Below the pieces are notes generated by a model. That model searched no databases and was not told where the DNA came from. It saw nothing but the letters and a program-made list of their open reading frames with translations. The position numbers and the translations under genes were made by a program. A DNA stretch of 64,000 bases from Candidatus Latescibacterota bacterium (GTDB lineage: Bacteria > Latescibacterota > UBA2968), in the NCBI GenBank assembly GCA_965222605.1, contig OZ244960.1, positions 5,248,001-5,312,000 on the forward strand. Direction: 5' to 3'. This document shows, one piece after another, positions 48,477 through 58,960 of this stretch. Positions within the stretch are counted from its first letter, which is position 1, and the number at the start of each line of letters is the position of its first letter.

Positions 48477-49118
48477 ATGCCCCAGGTAAATACCATAGAG
48501 TCGAATCGCATGACAATGCCTGAGCCGCATACCCCAAATCGGTTGTGGACAGTGCCCAATATCTTAACGGTGTCGCGTCTGTTGCTTACGCCCGTGTTTT
48601 TGCTATTGATTTTTTCTGCCAACTGGTATTTCAAAATCCTTGCGCTGCTTGTATTTACGGTAGCCTCGCTGACGGATTTTTACGATGGGCGCATTGCGCG
48701 GCGTGACGGTACAGTGACCAACTTTGGTCGCTTTATGGATCCGCTGGCCGATAAGTTGCTGGTATCTGCGGCGTTGATTGCTTTTGTGCGTTTGGGCATG
48801 GTTGAAGCATGGCTTATCGGGGCGATGCTCGTGCGCGATGTCGTGATCACGGGATTGCGAATTTTTGCGATTCGGCGAGGCAAGCCCGTGGTGACCTCAC
48901 AACTTGCAAAGTGGAAAACCATGCTGCAATTAGTACTTGTTTTTGGCATTTTGATCTTTATTAATGTGCGCGTGGTCGAAGCCGAATTGGCCGCCCAACC
49001 AATTGTGCTCGTGGGCGATATTTCTTATTGGGTTTTGAATGTCCTGGTGGCTGTCGTGACCCTCGTTGCCGTGGTTTCAGGCGTCCGGTATTTAATTGAA
49101 AATCGCAAGACTTTTTAA
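48477..49118 (+). CDS. pgsA: CDP-diacylglycerol--glycerol-3-phosphate 3-phosphatidyltransferase
   Basis: PNILTVSR, DFYDGRIAR...FGRFMDPLADK. Confidence 0.93.
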   Translation: MPQVNTIESNRMTMPEPHTPNRLWTVPNILTVSRLLLTPVFLLLIFSANWYFKILALLVFTVASLTDFYDGRIARRDGTVTNFGRFMDPLADKLLVSAALIAFVRLGMVEAWLIGAMLVRDVVITGLRIFAIRRGKPVVTSQLAKWKTMLQLVLVFGILIFINVRVVEAELAAQPIVLVGDISYWVLNVLVAVVTLVAVVSGVRYLIENRKTF

Positions 49119-49147
49119 GGCGAGCGAATAGCTGGCCGCTCATTGCT

Positions 49148-49627
49148 ATGACAGATTTTCGGCCTTCTGAGCCACCATTTTTTGTCCGGTTGATTGCAAC
49201 CGGCTTTTTTTCTGGCTATTCGAGTTTTGCCCCGGGGACAGCCGGGTCGGGCGTGGCATTGGCAATTTATTGTCTGTTGCCGCCACTGAACTCATGGGTG
49301 TGGGGGCTGCTGCTGGTCGGGCTATTTTTTTTGGGAGTTTATACATCTCGGGCATGCGAAAAAGCCTGGGGTAAAGATCCCAAATATGTAGTGATTGACG
49401 AGTTTGTGGGTTTTTTTATTACGGTAAGTCTGCTTCCGCAGTCGGTGTTGACGGGCATTGTTGGCTTTGTCGTGTTTCGCATACTGGATATTATTAAGCC
49501 ACCGCCCGCCCGACAGGTCGAGGCATTGCCCGATGGGTGGGGTATCGTGGCTGACGATGTGATTGCGGGAATTTATGGACATCTGATTCTGAGATTATGG
49601 CTGGCATTCGCACCTTTATCGCTTTAG
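49148..49627 (+). CDS. pgpA: phosphatidylglycerophosphatase A
   Basis: APGTAGS, DPKYVVIDE, FRILDIIKP, DDVIAG. Confidence 0.93.
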   Translation: MTDFRPSEPPFFVRLIATGFFSGYSSFAPGTAGSGVALAIYCLLPPLNSWVWGLLLVGLFFLGVYTSRACEKAWGKDPKYVVIDEFVGFFITVSLLPQSVLTGIVGFVVFRILDIIKPPPARQVEALPDGWGIVADDVIAGIYGHLILRLWLAFAPLSL

Positions 49628-49709
49628 AAATGCCCGTTGCTGTTAAACGGCAAGTCATTTCCTTGAGCCATTATCTTGCGGGAACGAGTATCCGGTTTCA
49701 GATCGCTAA
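49597..49709 (+). pseudogene. thpR: remnant of RNA 2',3'-cyclic phosphodiesterase
   Basis: MAGIRTFIALEMP matches the ThpR start; usual pgpA-thpR-recA position; no HxT motifs remain. Confidence 0.55.
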
Positions 49710-49717
49710 ATCGTTTC

Positions 49718-49746
49718 TTGACCTATATACAAATGTTCACTATACT
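49718..49746 (+). promoter_or_regulatory. recA promoter with possible LexA box in the spacer
   Basis: TTGACC-17 nt-TATACT; ATAC-N4-GTTC at 49727-49738. Confidence 0.6.
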
Positions 49747-49816
49747 GTGTTACACCTTGTGCGGTGCAGGAGACGAGAAGGGCTGCGCCGTGATCCCAAA
49801 CCTTTTGTAAGGAGAG

Positions 49817-50884
49817 ATGCAGATGACCAAACGCAAAATTAAAGGTACGCAACAAACCGATGGCAAGCAGCAAGCAATTGAGAACGCAATTGCCCAAATC
49901 GAAAAACAATTTGGACAGGGGGCAATTATGCGCCTGGGGGGCGAGGATGGCCAACCCCGTGTCGCAGAAGTTATTCCGACGGGTTCTTTGAGCCTGGATG
50001 TTGCACTGGGCGCTGGTGGTGTTCCCCAGGGAAGAGTGGTTGAAATATATGGCCCTGAAGGGTCGGGCAAGACGACCTTGATTTTGCACATCATTGCCGA
50101 GGCGCAAAAGCGCGGTGGAGCAGCGGCTTTTATCGATGCAGAACACGCATTGAATGTGGATTTGGCCGAACGCCTGGGCGTGGATATCGAAAATTTATTG
50201 ATCGCCCAGCCCGATACGGGGGAAGAAGCACTCGAAATTACAGATACTCTCGTGCGTAGCGGTGCTTTTGGGGTCGTGGCTTTAGACTCTGTGGCTGCTC
50301 TGGTGCCGCGTGCCGAACTCGAAGGTGATATGGGTGATTCCCACATGGGCTTGCACGCCCGTCTGATGTCTCAGGCTCTGCGCAAACTCATCGGATCAAT
50401 CGGCCAGTCTAAAACCTGTGTGATCTTTGCCAATCAGATTCGCATGAAGATAGGCGTGATGTTTGGCAATCCCGAAACGACCACCGGTGGCCGTGCGCTT
50501 CCGTTTTACGCATCGGTGCGTATGGATATTCGGCGCATTCGTTCTATTAAAGACGGGCAAGAGATCGTTGGCAATCGCGTTCGGATTCGCGTGGTGAAAA
50601 ACAAGATGGCACCGCCTTTTAAGGAATGTGAAGTTGATCTGATGTTCGGAGAGGGCATTTCCAAAGAGGGCAGTCTGATCGATATGGCCGAATTGCACGG
50701 CATCATCAAGAAAAGTGGCACCTGGTTCTCTTATGGCGATGACCGGCTTGGACAGGGACGCGAAAATGTCAAGCACTACCTGAAAGAGAACGCGAGTTTG
50801 TCTGCAAAAATCGAACGCGAGGTGCGCGAGGCTGTGGGGCTTCCCGTCGATAAGGTATCTGAACTCGAAGAAGAACCTGTATAA
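49817..50884 (+). CDS. recA: recombinase A
   Basis: [37 protein letters not shown]. Confidence 0.98.
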   Translation: MQMTKRKIKGTQQTDGKQQAIENAIAQIEKQFGQGAIMRLGGEDGQPRVAEVIPTGSLSLDVALGAGGVPQGRVVEIYGPEGSGKTTLILHIIAEAQKRGGAAAFIDAEHALNVDLAERLGVDIENLLIAQPDTGEEALEITDTLVRSGAFGVVALDSVAALVPRAELEGDMGDSHMGLHARLMSQALRKLIGSIGQSKTCVIFANQIRMKIGVMFGNPETTTGGRALPFYASVRMDIRRIRSIKDGQEIVGNRVRIRVVKNKMAPPFKECEVDLMFGEGISKEGSLIDMAELHGIIKKSGTWFSYGDDRLGQGRENVKHYLKENASLSAKIEREVREAVGLPVDKVSELEEEPV

Positions 50885-51004
50885 TACGTTGTTGACATCT
50901 CAACTTTCTCTAATTTAATTCATAACTGATGTTACGCATGCAGAAAAACTGGAAATAATTCCGCCTTTTTTCTTGTCCCATGCCTTCAGAGAAATGAGGG
51001 AAGG

Positions 51005-53956
51005 ATGTTGCAAAAATTTTTGCACAAAAAAATGCCGTTTATTGCTGCTTTTGCGTTGTTGCTATGCGTGGGTCAAGCCTCTGCTGTTTCCAATGCAAAT
51101 AATGCTACGGCTACTGTTACGCAGTCTGCAGATCTCAACGGCGATGGGACGGTTGGCTTTGCGGATTTTTTGTTATTTGCGAGTCTGTTTGGGGCAAATC
51201 AAGGCGATGACAGGTATGATGTCCGGGCTGATTTGGACGGGGATGGTGCGATAGGTTTTGGCGATTTTCTGATTTTTGCCAATGCCTTTGGCACATCCGG
51301 CTCTGGTGGTGGCGGTGGCAGCCCTGATCTCATTGTTATAGCACCTTCGGTGAGCGATACCACGCTGACGCCTGAGCAGATGTTCACGCTGAATGCGACG
51401 GTACGCAACCATGGGAGTGGACAAGCCGCTGAGACGACGCTGACGTATTACCATTCGACCGACGCGACGATCTCGACGGATGATACGGAGGTTGGCACGG
51501 ATGCCATAGGCAGTCTCAATGCGGGCGGCACGAGTGACCAGTCGATTGACTTGAATGCGCCATCGAGTGCCGGCACGTACTATTACGGTGCCTGCGTAGC
51601 GAGCGTCAGTGGTGAGAGCAATACGGATAACAATTGCTCAGATGGGATGCCTGTCACGGTCAGCGATGGCGGGGAAGGTGGTCAAGGGGGTGGTGAGACG
51701 TCCTTCGATCTGGATAACAACAGCAATCCGCAGGATATCATCTATGTCAACGACCGATTCTATGTGGTTGATCGGGAGGATGTAAGGGTCTATGGGTACG
51801 GGAGTGACGGTCAGCGAGATTCGGGTGGAGACTTCTATCTGGCTGGCAGTGATCCGAGGAGTATTACCTATGCCAACGACCGATTCTATGTGGTTGATGA
51901 CGAGGATAATAAGGTCTATGCGTACACGAGTTCTGGGCAGCGAGATTCGGCAGCAGACTTCGATCTAGCTATAAATGATCCGAGAGGTATTACTTATGCC
52001 AACGACCGATTCTATGTGGCTGATGACGAGAATAATAAGGTCTATGGGTATGGGAGTGACGGTCAGCGAGATTCGGCAGCAGACTTCGATCTGGCTATAA
52101 GTGATCCGAGAGGTATTACTTATGCCAACGACCGATTCTATGTGGTTAATGACGGGGATGATAAGGTCTATGGGTATGGGAGTGACGGTCAGCGAGATTC
52201 GGGTGCGGACTTCAATCTGGCTACTGGTGACCCCAGGGGTATCACCCATGCCAACAACCAATTCTATGTGGTTGATTTCTGGAATGATAAGGTCTATGGG
52301 TACGGGAGCGACGGGCGGCGTGATTCGGGTGCAGACTTCGGTCTGCATAGCAACAACACTCCGCAGGATATCACCTATGCCAACGACCTATTTTATGTGC
52401 TTGATGTGGATGATATAAAGGTCTATGGTTACGGGAGTAACGGGCGGCGTGATTCGGGTGCAGACTTCGATCTGGCTAACAGTGATCCGTTTGGTATCAT
52501 CTATGCCAACAATCTATTTTATGTGCTTGATCCCTCGGATGTAAAGATCTATGGGTACATGAGTTCTGGTCTGCGTGATTCAACAGCAGACTTCAATCTG
52601 GCTGGCAACAACGATGATCCGTCGGGTATCACCTATGCCAACAATCAATTCTATGTGATTGATACCTCAGATGAAAAGGTTTATGTGTACACGAGTTCTG
52701 GGCAGCGTGTTCCGACTGCAGACTTCAATCTGGCTAATAGTTCTCCGTCGGGTATCATCTATGCCAACAACCTATTCTATGTGGTTGATTCTGCAGATGA
52801 AAAGGTCTATGTGTACACGAGTTCTGGGCAGCGTGTTGCGGCTGCAGACTTCGATCTGGCTATCAGTTCTCCGACGGGTGTCGCCTATGCCAACGACCAA
52901 TTCTATGTGCTTGATGTGGAAGATGCAAAGGTCTATTGGTACACGAGTCCCGACCCAGATCCTGATCTAATTGTTATATCGCCTTCGGTGAGCAATAGCA
53001 GCCCGAATGCCGACGAGTCCTTCAGTTTGAGCGCTGCGGTTCGCAATCAGGGCGCGGGTTCTTCGGCTGCGACGTCCTTGCGCTACTACCTCTCGACCGA
53101 TGATACGATCACAACGAGTGATACAGAGGCTGGCACGGGTGCCATAGGCAGTCTCAATGCGGGAGATACGAGTGACCAGTCAATTGACTTGAATGCGCCA
53201 TCGAGTGTGGGGATATACTACTACGGCGCGTGTGTCCAAAGCGTCATTGGGGAGAGCGATACCGATAACAACTGCTCGAATGGGGTGCGTATCTCAACTG
53301 CAGACTTTGCTCTGGATAGCGACAACGTTGATCCGGAAGGTATCACCTATGCCAACAACCGATTCTATGTGCTTGATTCCAGGGATACAAAGGTTTATGC
53401 GTACACGAGTTCCGGTCAGCGCGATGCGGCAGCAGACTTCGATCTGGATAGCAACAACAGTGGTCCGGAAGGTATCGTCTATGCCAACAACCGATTCTAT
53501 GTGGTTGATCGGGGAAATGTGTTTGATCGAGGGGATGAAAAGGTTTATGCGTACACGAGTTCCGGTCAGCGTGATGCGGCAGCAGACTTCAATCTGGATA
53601 GCGGTGCTCCGGCGAGTATTACCTATGCCAACGAGCGATTCTATGTGGCCGATTTTTCGAATGCAAAGGTTTATGGCTACACGAGTTCCGGTCAGCGCGA
53701 TGCGGCAGCAGACTTCGACCTGGATAGCGACAACAGTGATCCGTTTGGTATCGTCTATGCCAACGAGCGATTCTATGTGGTTGATAACGAGGACGGTCAG
53801 GTTTATGCGTACACGAGTTCCGGTCAGCGTGATTCGGATGCAGACTTCAATGTGACGGGTAGTGATCCGTTTGGTATCATCTATGTGAACGACATATTCT
53901 ATGTGGTTGATAGCGGGGATGAAAAGGTTTATGCGTACACGAGTTCTGGGCAATAA
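51005..53956 (+). CDS. secreted repeat protein: signal peptide, dockerin/EF-hand pair, CARDB-like Ig, 10 propeller blades, CARDB-like Ig, 5 blades
   Basis: About 42-aa repeats FDL..P.GITYANDRFYVVD...KVYAYTSSGQRD.AAD; two PDLIV...YYYGACV...NNCS domains. Confidence 0.85.
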   Translation: MLQKFLHKKMPFIAAFALLLCVGQASAVSNANNATATVTQSADLNGDGTVGFADFLLFASLFGANQGDDRYDVRADLDGDGAIGFGDFLIFANAFGTSGSGGGGGSPDLIVIAPSVSDTTLTPEQMFTLNATVRNHGSGQAAETTLTYYHSTDATISTDDTEVGTDAIGSLNAGGTSDQSIDLNAPSSAGTYYYGACVASVSGESNTDNNCSDGMPVTVSDGGEGGQGGGETSFDLDNNSNPQDIIYVNDRFYVVDREDVRVYGYGSDGQRDSGGDFYLAGSDPRSITYANDRFYVVDDEDNKVYAYTSSGQRDSAADFDLAINDPRGITYANDRFYVADDENNKVYGYGSDGQRDSAADFDLAISDPRGITYANDRFYVVNDGDDKVYGYGSDGQRDSGADFNLATGDPRGITHANNQFYVVDFWNDKVYGYGSDGRRDSGADFGLHSNNTPQDITYANDLFYVLDVDDIKVYGYGSNGRRDSGADFDLANSDPFGIIYANNLFYVLDPSDVKIYGYMSSGLRDSTADFNLAGNNDDPSGITYANNQFYVIDTSDEKVYVYTSSGQRVPTADFNLANSSPSGIIYANNLFYVVDSADEKVYVYTSSGQRVAAADFDLAISSPTGVAYANDQFYVLDVEDAKVYWYTSPDPDPDLIVISPSVSNSSPNADESFSLSAAVRNQGAGSSAATSLRYYLSTDDTITTSDTEAGTGAIGSLNAGDTSDQSIDLNAPSSVGIYYYGACVQSVIGESDTDNNCSNGVRISTADFALDSDNVDPEGITYANNRFYVLDSRDTKVYAYTSSGQRDAAADFDLDSNNSGPEGIVYANNRFYVVDRGNVFDRGDEKVYAYTSSGQRDAAADFNLDSGAPASITYANERFYVADFSNAKVYGYTSSGQRDAAADFDLDSDNSDPFGIVYANERFYVVDNEDGQVYAYTSSGQRDSDADFNVTGSDPFGIIYVNDIFYVVDSGDEKVYAYTSSGQ

Positions 53957-54061
53957 CGCACGGGGAACATGAGAAAGAAATCGCATTTTAGGCTTTGACA
54001 ACAGAGTGGGTTTGCCTATTTTAATACCTGCTCTGTTGTTCTTTTTTAGCGAGAAATTATC

Positions 54062-54583
54062 GTGAAATTAGAGTCTGCCACATCCACGCTGTTTGAGACT
54101 GATGAAGCCGCTGAAAAGGCCAAGGCGTATGCCTTGCGCTTGCTGAGCAATCGGGCTTATACAAAAAAGGAGATTTGCGACAAACTCGCTGGACGAGGTT
54201 ATGAGCAAGGTGCGATTGAACAGACTCTCTCGATGCTCAAGCGTCTCAATTTAATTGATGATGTGTTGTTTGCGCGTCAATTTGTCGAGCAACGGTTGCG
54301 ATTGCGGCCTTCTGGCCGGGTGGCACTTGTGCGCGATCTTGTGCATCGGGGTGTTCCGACTGAGATAATCGATCGCGTTTTGGACGATGTTTTGGCAGAT
54401 ATTGACATTGAAGATGTCGCACTCGATTTGCTGATGAGCAGGGCAAATCGCTACCGGGGATTGTCTCGTGAGAAAGCTCTGGGAAGGATGTTCGGTTTTT
54501 TAGGGCGCAGGGGATTTGAGGTTTCGGTTGCGCGAGATGTCGCTCATGAAGTTTGGTCTAAAATAGAAAATGAAGAAGGTTAA
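54062..54583 (+). CDS. recX: regulatory protein RecX
   Basis: ALRLLSNR, LIDDVLFA, FLGRRGF; between recA and alaS. Confidence 0.9.
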   Translation: MKLESATSTLFETDEAAEKAKAYALRLLSNRAYTKKEICDKLAGRGYEQGAIEQTLSMLKRLNLIDDVLFARQFVEQRLRLRPSGRVALVRDLVHRGVPTEIIDRVLDDVLADIDIEDVALDLLMSRANRYRGLSREKALGRMFGFLGRRGFEVSVARDVAHEVWSKIENEEG

Positions 54584-54590
54584 ATAAAAG

Positions 54591-57206
54591 ATGAAGACTG
54601 CTGTACAAATTCGCGAAGAGTTTCAGGCATTTTTTGAATCCAAAGGCCATACGCGGGTTCAAAGTGCGCCCTTAGTGCTGCAAGACGATCCCACATTGTT
54701 GTTTACCAATGCGGGTATGAATCAGTTTAAGGATGTGTTTTTAGGCACCGGACGTCGGCCTTATTCACGGGCGGTTGATACGCAGAAGTGTTTGCGGGTA
54801 TCGGGCAAACACAACGACCTGGAAGAAGTGGGATTCAGCCCCAACCATCACACGTTTTTTGAGATGTTGGGCAACTGGTCTTTTGGCGACTACTTTAAAA
54901 AAGAAGCCATCGCATGGGCGTGGGAGTTGCTCACAGATGTGTGGCAACTGCCAAAAGATCGCATGTGGGCAACGGTGTTTGGCGGCGACGAGGCCGATGG
55001 TCTGGAGGCCGATGTGCAGGCCGAAAATCTCTGGACGCGCGTGACGGATTTGTCCGCCAATCGCGTGCTGCGCCTGGGCAAAAAAGATAATTTCTGGGAG
55101 ATGGGGAATACCGGTCCTTGTGGCCCGTGTTCCGAAATACACTTTTATCTCGGCGATGATCCATCAAAGCAGGATGCCGTGCCGGATTTAGACTCCGAGG
55201 ATTATGTCGAAATCTGGAATCTGGTTTTTATTCAGTACAATCGCGATGCCGATGGCATATTGCTGCCTTTGCCAGATCAGCACGTGGATACAGGGATGGG
55301 ATTTGAGCGGATTTGTTCAATTTTGCAGGGTGTACAAACCACTTATGATACGGATGTGTTTTTGCCAATTATTGGGGCGATCGGCGAGATTACCCGAAAA
55401 CCCTATCACAAAGATCACTGGGTGCCCATGCGCGTGATTGCCGATCATGTGCGTACACTCGCATTTGCAATCGCAGATGGGGCGCTGCCATCCAATGCAG
55501 GTCGAGGCTATGTTTTGCGGCGGATTTTGCGCCGTGCCGCGCGGTTTGGACGCACGCTGGGGATGCATGAGCCGTTTATTTTTCGACTCATAGAGACAGT
55601 AGTCCGCGAAATGAGTGTTGCATTTCCCGAAGTGGCAGAAAAACGCGATTATATTGCACGGGTGATTCGGTCTGAGGAAGAAGGATTTGGCAAAACACTC
55701 GATCGCGGGCTGGAAATTTTTGACGCAATGCAGGCGAAAGGACATATTTCTGGGGCAGATGCTTTTCAGTTGTACGATACCTATGGTTTTCCCATTGATT
55801 TGACGCGGTTAATGGCAGCCGAAAAAGGTATCGAGGTGGATGAGGAGGGCTTTGAAGCGCAAATGGCGGCACAGCAGATGCGATCTCGTTTAGCAGCTTC
55901 TTTTACAGCAGGGGCCCCAACATTTAGTGCCGGACTATCTATAGAACATTCGGAATTTGTGGGATACGAAACACTTGCGTCCGATTCGCGCATTGTCGCC
56001 TGTCAACCTGCACTGGATGAGATGTTGGATATTTATCTGGATATAACGCCATTTTATGCCGAGTCTGGCGGGCAGGTTGGAGATACGGGCGAACTTGTGG
56101 GAGCAGGCATGCGCTTTGAAGTAGCGACTACGTTCAGGGAAGGAGAAGCAGTTGTTCATCGCGGTCGCCTGTGCGATGGGCAGGTCGAAGAATTGATTGA
56201 TGCGGACGTGAAGGCGCGTGTCGATGCTGAAACCCGTTTGAATACGGCGCGCAATCACACAGCCACGCATCTGATGCATCGCGCTTTGCGGCAGGTATTG
56301 GGTGATCATGTACACCAGGCCGGTTCGCTGGTTGCCCCAGATCGATTGCGGTTTGATTTTACGCATTTTGAAGGTGTAACGCCCACGCAATTAGACGATG
56401 TTGTGGGAATCGTAAATGACGTGGTCAGGAGAGATTGGGCTGTCGATATTTCTTTTGATAAATTGGATCGCGCTGTGGAAATGGGTGCGATGATGTTGTT
56501 TAGCGAAAAATATGGCGATGTGGTGCGCATGGTGCAGGTGGGGGATTTTAGCCTGGAGTTGTGCGGTGGTACGCATGTGCAAAGCACCGGGCAAATCGGG
56601 TTGTTTCAACTCACGCAAGAGACGGGTACCGCAGCCGGCGTGCGGCGTATTGAGGCGGTCACCGGGCCGGGAGCAGAAGCCCTTGTGAGAGAACAAAAGA
56701 AAATTTTGGCCGATCTCGCGTCGCAACTGAGTGCGCCAACATCAGAATTGTCGGATAAGGTTGCGCACCTGATCGCGCACAATCGCGAACTCGAGCGCGA
56801 GTTGCAGAGCTTGCGACGAGAGCAGGCCGGTTCAGAGATGGATATGCTGGTGAGCAGTGCTCTAAATGTAAATGGGTTGCGCGTTGTGGCCGCCGAGGTC
56901 TCGCCGCCCGATATGGACGGGTTTCGCACAATGGGCGACGGTTTGCGCGATGCCCTGGGCACAGGGGGCGTTGGCGTGATTGGTGCGAATTTAAATGGCA
57001 AGGCATCGCTTCTCGCGGTAGTGACAGACGATCTGATCGATCGGGGTGTGGAGGCTGGCAATGTTGTCAAAGCCATCGCACAGATCGTGGGTGGCGGCGG
57101 TGGTGGTCGCCCCCATCTGGCGCAGGCCGGTGGCAAGTTCCCGGAAAAGATCGGAGAAGCTCTGGCGCGAGTGCCCGACATCATTCGGGCACAGGTGGAA
57201 GGGTAA
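54591..57206 (+). CDS. alaS: alanine--tRNA ligase
   Basis: FTNAGMNQFK, FEMLGNWSFGDYFK, DTGMGFER, HTATH, ELCGGTH. Confidence 0.98.
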   Translation: MKTAVQIREEFQAFFESKGHTRVQSAPLVLQDDPTLLFTNAGMNQFKDVFLGTGRRPYSRAVDTQKCLRVSGKHNDLEEVGFSPNHHTFFEMLGNWSFGDYFKKEAIAWAWELLTDVWQLPKDRMWATVFGGDEADGLEADVQAENLWTRVTDLSANRVLRLGKKDNFWEMGNTGPCGPCSEIHFYLGDDPSKQDAVPDLDSEDYVEIWNLVFIQYNRDADGILLPLPDQHVDTGMGFERICSILQGVQTTYDTDVFLPIIGAIGEITRKPYHKDHWVPMRVIADHVRTLAFAIADGALPSNAGRGYVLRRILRRAARFGRTLGMHEPFIFRLIETVVREMSVAFPEVAEKRDYIARVIRSEEEGFGKTLDRGLEIFDAMQAKGHISGADAFQLYDTYGFPIDLTRLMAAEKGIEVDEEGFEAQMAAQQMRSRLAASFTAGAPTFSAGLSIEHSEFVGYETLASDSRIVACQPALDEMLDIYLDITPFYAESGGQVGDTGELVGAGMRFEVATTFREGEAVVHRGRLCDGQVEELIDADVKARVDAETRLNTARNHTATHLMHRALRQVLGDHVHQAGSLVAPDRLRFDFTHFEGVTPTQLDDVVGIVNDVVRRDWAVDISFDKLDRAVEMGAMMLFSEKYGDVVRMVQVGDFSLELCGGTHVQSTGQIGLFQLTQETGTAAGVRRIEAVTGPGAEALVREQKKILADLASQLSAPTSELSDKVAHLIAHNRELERELQSLRREQAGSEMDMLVSSALNVNGLRVVAAEVSPPDMDGFRTMGDGLRDALGTGGVGVIGANLNGKASLLAVVTDDLIDRGVEAGNVVKAIAQIVGGGGGGRPHLAQAGGKFPEKIGEALARVPDIIRAQVEG

Positions 57207-57214
57207 GTGCCTCA

Positions 57215-57964
57215 ATGTCTATATTCGAACAGTTGGTGGCTATTCGCAATCGCCGCGGGGCGGGGTTTTTGCCCTATCTGGATCCCGACAGGCTCGATAA
57301 AAAGGATCTGGGACGCACGGCCTCTCTTTGCGAAGCACAAGGGGCAGACGCCATTTTGATTGGCGGCAGTTTTTTGTTATCCACCAATTTTGATCGCATG
57401 GTGCGCGAGGTCAAAAGCGCTGTAGATATTCCGGTGATTATATTTCCAGGCGATACCAACCAGATCTCAGCGGTTGCTGATGCGATTATGTTTTTGTCGC
57501 TTATCAGTGGACGCAATCCCGAATTGCTGATTGGGCAACACGTCAAGGCCGCACCAATTTTGAAAGCACACGGCTTAGAGGCTATTGCAACCGGCTACGC
57601 GCTCGTGGATACAGGACAGCTAACCACAGCCGAATACGTGAGCAACACGCGTCCCTTGCCGCGCGACAAACCCGAGATTGCTATGGCGCACGCTCTTGCT
57701 GCTGAGTATTTGGGTATGCAATGCGTGTACCTGGATGCCGGTAGCGGGCCAGAGTTGATGGTACCCGAAGAAATAGTACAGGCGGTCTGTAGTTATGTGT
57801 CGATCCCAATAATTGTCGGCGGCGGCATTCGCGCCCCCAAAGCTGCGGCAAAACGGGTCGCATTGGGCGCAGCTTTTGTGGTGGTTGGGAGTATTTTTGA
57901 AGAAACGGGCTGGGATGCCGCGCTGATTGGCGCGTTTGCTTCTGCCATTCACTGTCTCGACTGA
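57215..57964 (+). CDS. pcrB: geranylgeranyl/heptaprenylglyceryl phosphate synthase
   Basis: LDPD, IGGS, IFPG, SLISGRN, YLDAGSG, VGGGIR. Confidence 0.9.
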   Translation: MSIFEQLVAIRNRRGAGFLPYLDPDRLDKKDLGRTASLCEAQGADAILIGGSFLLSTNFDRMVREVKSAVDIPVIIFPGDTNQISAVADAIMFLSLISGRNPELLIGQHVKAAPILKAHGLEAIATGYALVDTGQLTTAEYVSNTRPLPRDKPEIAMAHALAAEYLGMQCVYLDAGSGPELMVPEEIVQAVCSYVSIPIIVGGGIRAPKAAAKRVALGAAFVVVGSIFEETGWDAALIGAFASAIHCLD

Positions 57965-58033
57965 GTCCATTTTTTGACAATTGGGGATGTCGTTACCGTC
58001 TTTGCGGACGGTTTTTTTATGTGAGCGTATGTT

Positions 58034-58924
58034 ATGTCTATTTCATCTCGTACAGTGTTGTGTTACGGGGTACTGGGTATCGACCAAATCGTGCAAGTGG
58101 CCTGGTTTCCCGAGCGCAATGGGCACACGCGCGCGTTTCGCGACGAAGAATTTGTTGGTGGAGAAGCGACCAATACGGCGGTGACTCTGAGCGGGTTGGG
58201 AGTTGATGTGCGGTTGATGGGGTGTGCACTGGGAGACGACCGCAGAGGCGCACTTTTCTTGCGCACCATGCGTCAATTTGACGTGGATATCCGCAGGCTC
58301 GATATAGATCCCAGCGTTCGCACCGGACACGCTGTTATTCTGTCCGATGTCAATGGTGGGCGAACGATTTGTGGACATTTTCCCGATGTGCGCAGTAGGC
58401 CACTGACCGAGGCGGATCTCGATGGTGTTGCCCTGTTGTCTGTCGATCCCTTTTTAGGAGAAAATGCAATCCGAGCAGCTAAAATTGCGCGGGCATGTGA
58501 TGTGACGGTATTTGCAATTGAACTGGCGCCAGATCACCCACTTGCAAAATGCTGTGATGTAGTGATCAATTCTGACGGTTTTATGCGCCGGCACAGAATG
58601 GGCCTCCCCTCAGATGTGGCGGTTGGGCTTTTGAAGGCCGGTATAGAAACCGTGGTGATTACCAAAGGAAAACAGGGCTGTCAGATTTTTCAGGAAAATG
58701 GCAATAGTTTTGAACAGCCCGCATACCAGGTCACTGTGCGCGATACAACCGGGGCGGGAGATGCGTTTCGAGCCGGTCTTATTTACGGGTATTTGCGGGG
58801 ATGGACGCTGACGCGCAGTGTGCAATTTGCCAGCGGAAGTGCTGCACTAACATGTGCCAGGGCTGGTGGGGCAGGCCATATTCACGGAGAAGAACAGGTC
58901 TTGCAACTGATTGTCGAAGATTGA
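58034..58924 (+). CDS. PfkB-family carbohydrate kinase
   Basis: GGEATNTA, ITKGKQG, DTTGAGDAF. Confidence 0.92.
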   Translation: MSISSRTVLCYGVLGIDQIVQVAWFPERNGHTRAFRDEEFVGGEATNTAVTLSGLGVDVRLMGCALGDDRRGALFLRTMRQFDVDIRRLDIDPSVRTGHAVILSDVNGGRTICGHFPDVRSRPLTEADLDGVALLSVDPFLGENAIRAAKIARACDVTVFAIELAPDHPLAKCCDVVINSDGFMRRHRMGLPSDVAVGLLKAGIETVVITKGKQGCQIFQENGNSFEQPAYQVTVRDTTGAGDAFRAGLIYGYLRGWTLTRSVQFASGSAALTCARAGGAGHIHGEEQVLQLIVED

Positions 58925-58960
58925 ATTTCAAAATTTTTCTGATTATGGGTGATATACACG

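Noticed and set aside
51700-53956. Regular DNA repeats resembling a CRISPR array or DGR template/variable pair
   Set aside because: Repeats are in-frame protein blades of about 126 bp, differences are not adenine-specific by eye, and there is no cas or reverse transcriptase gene
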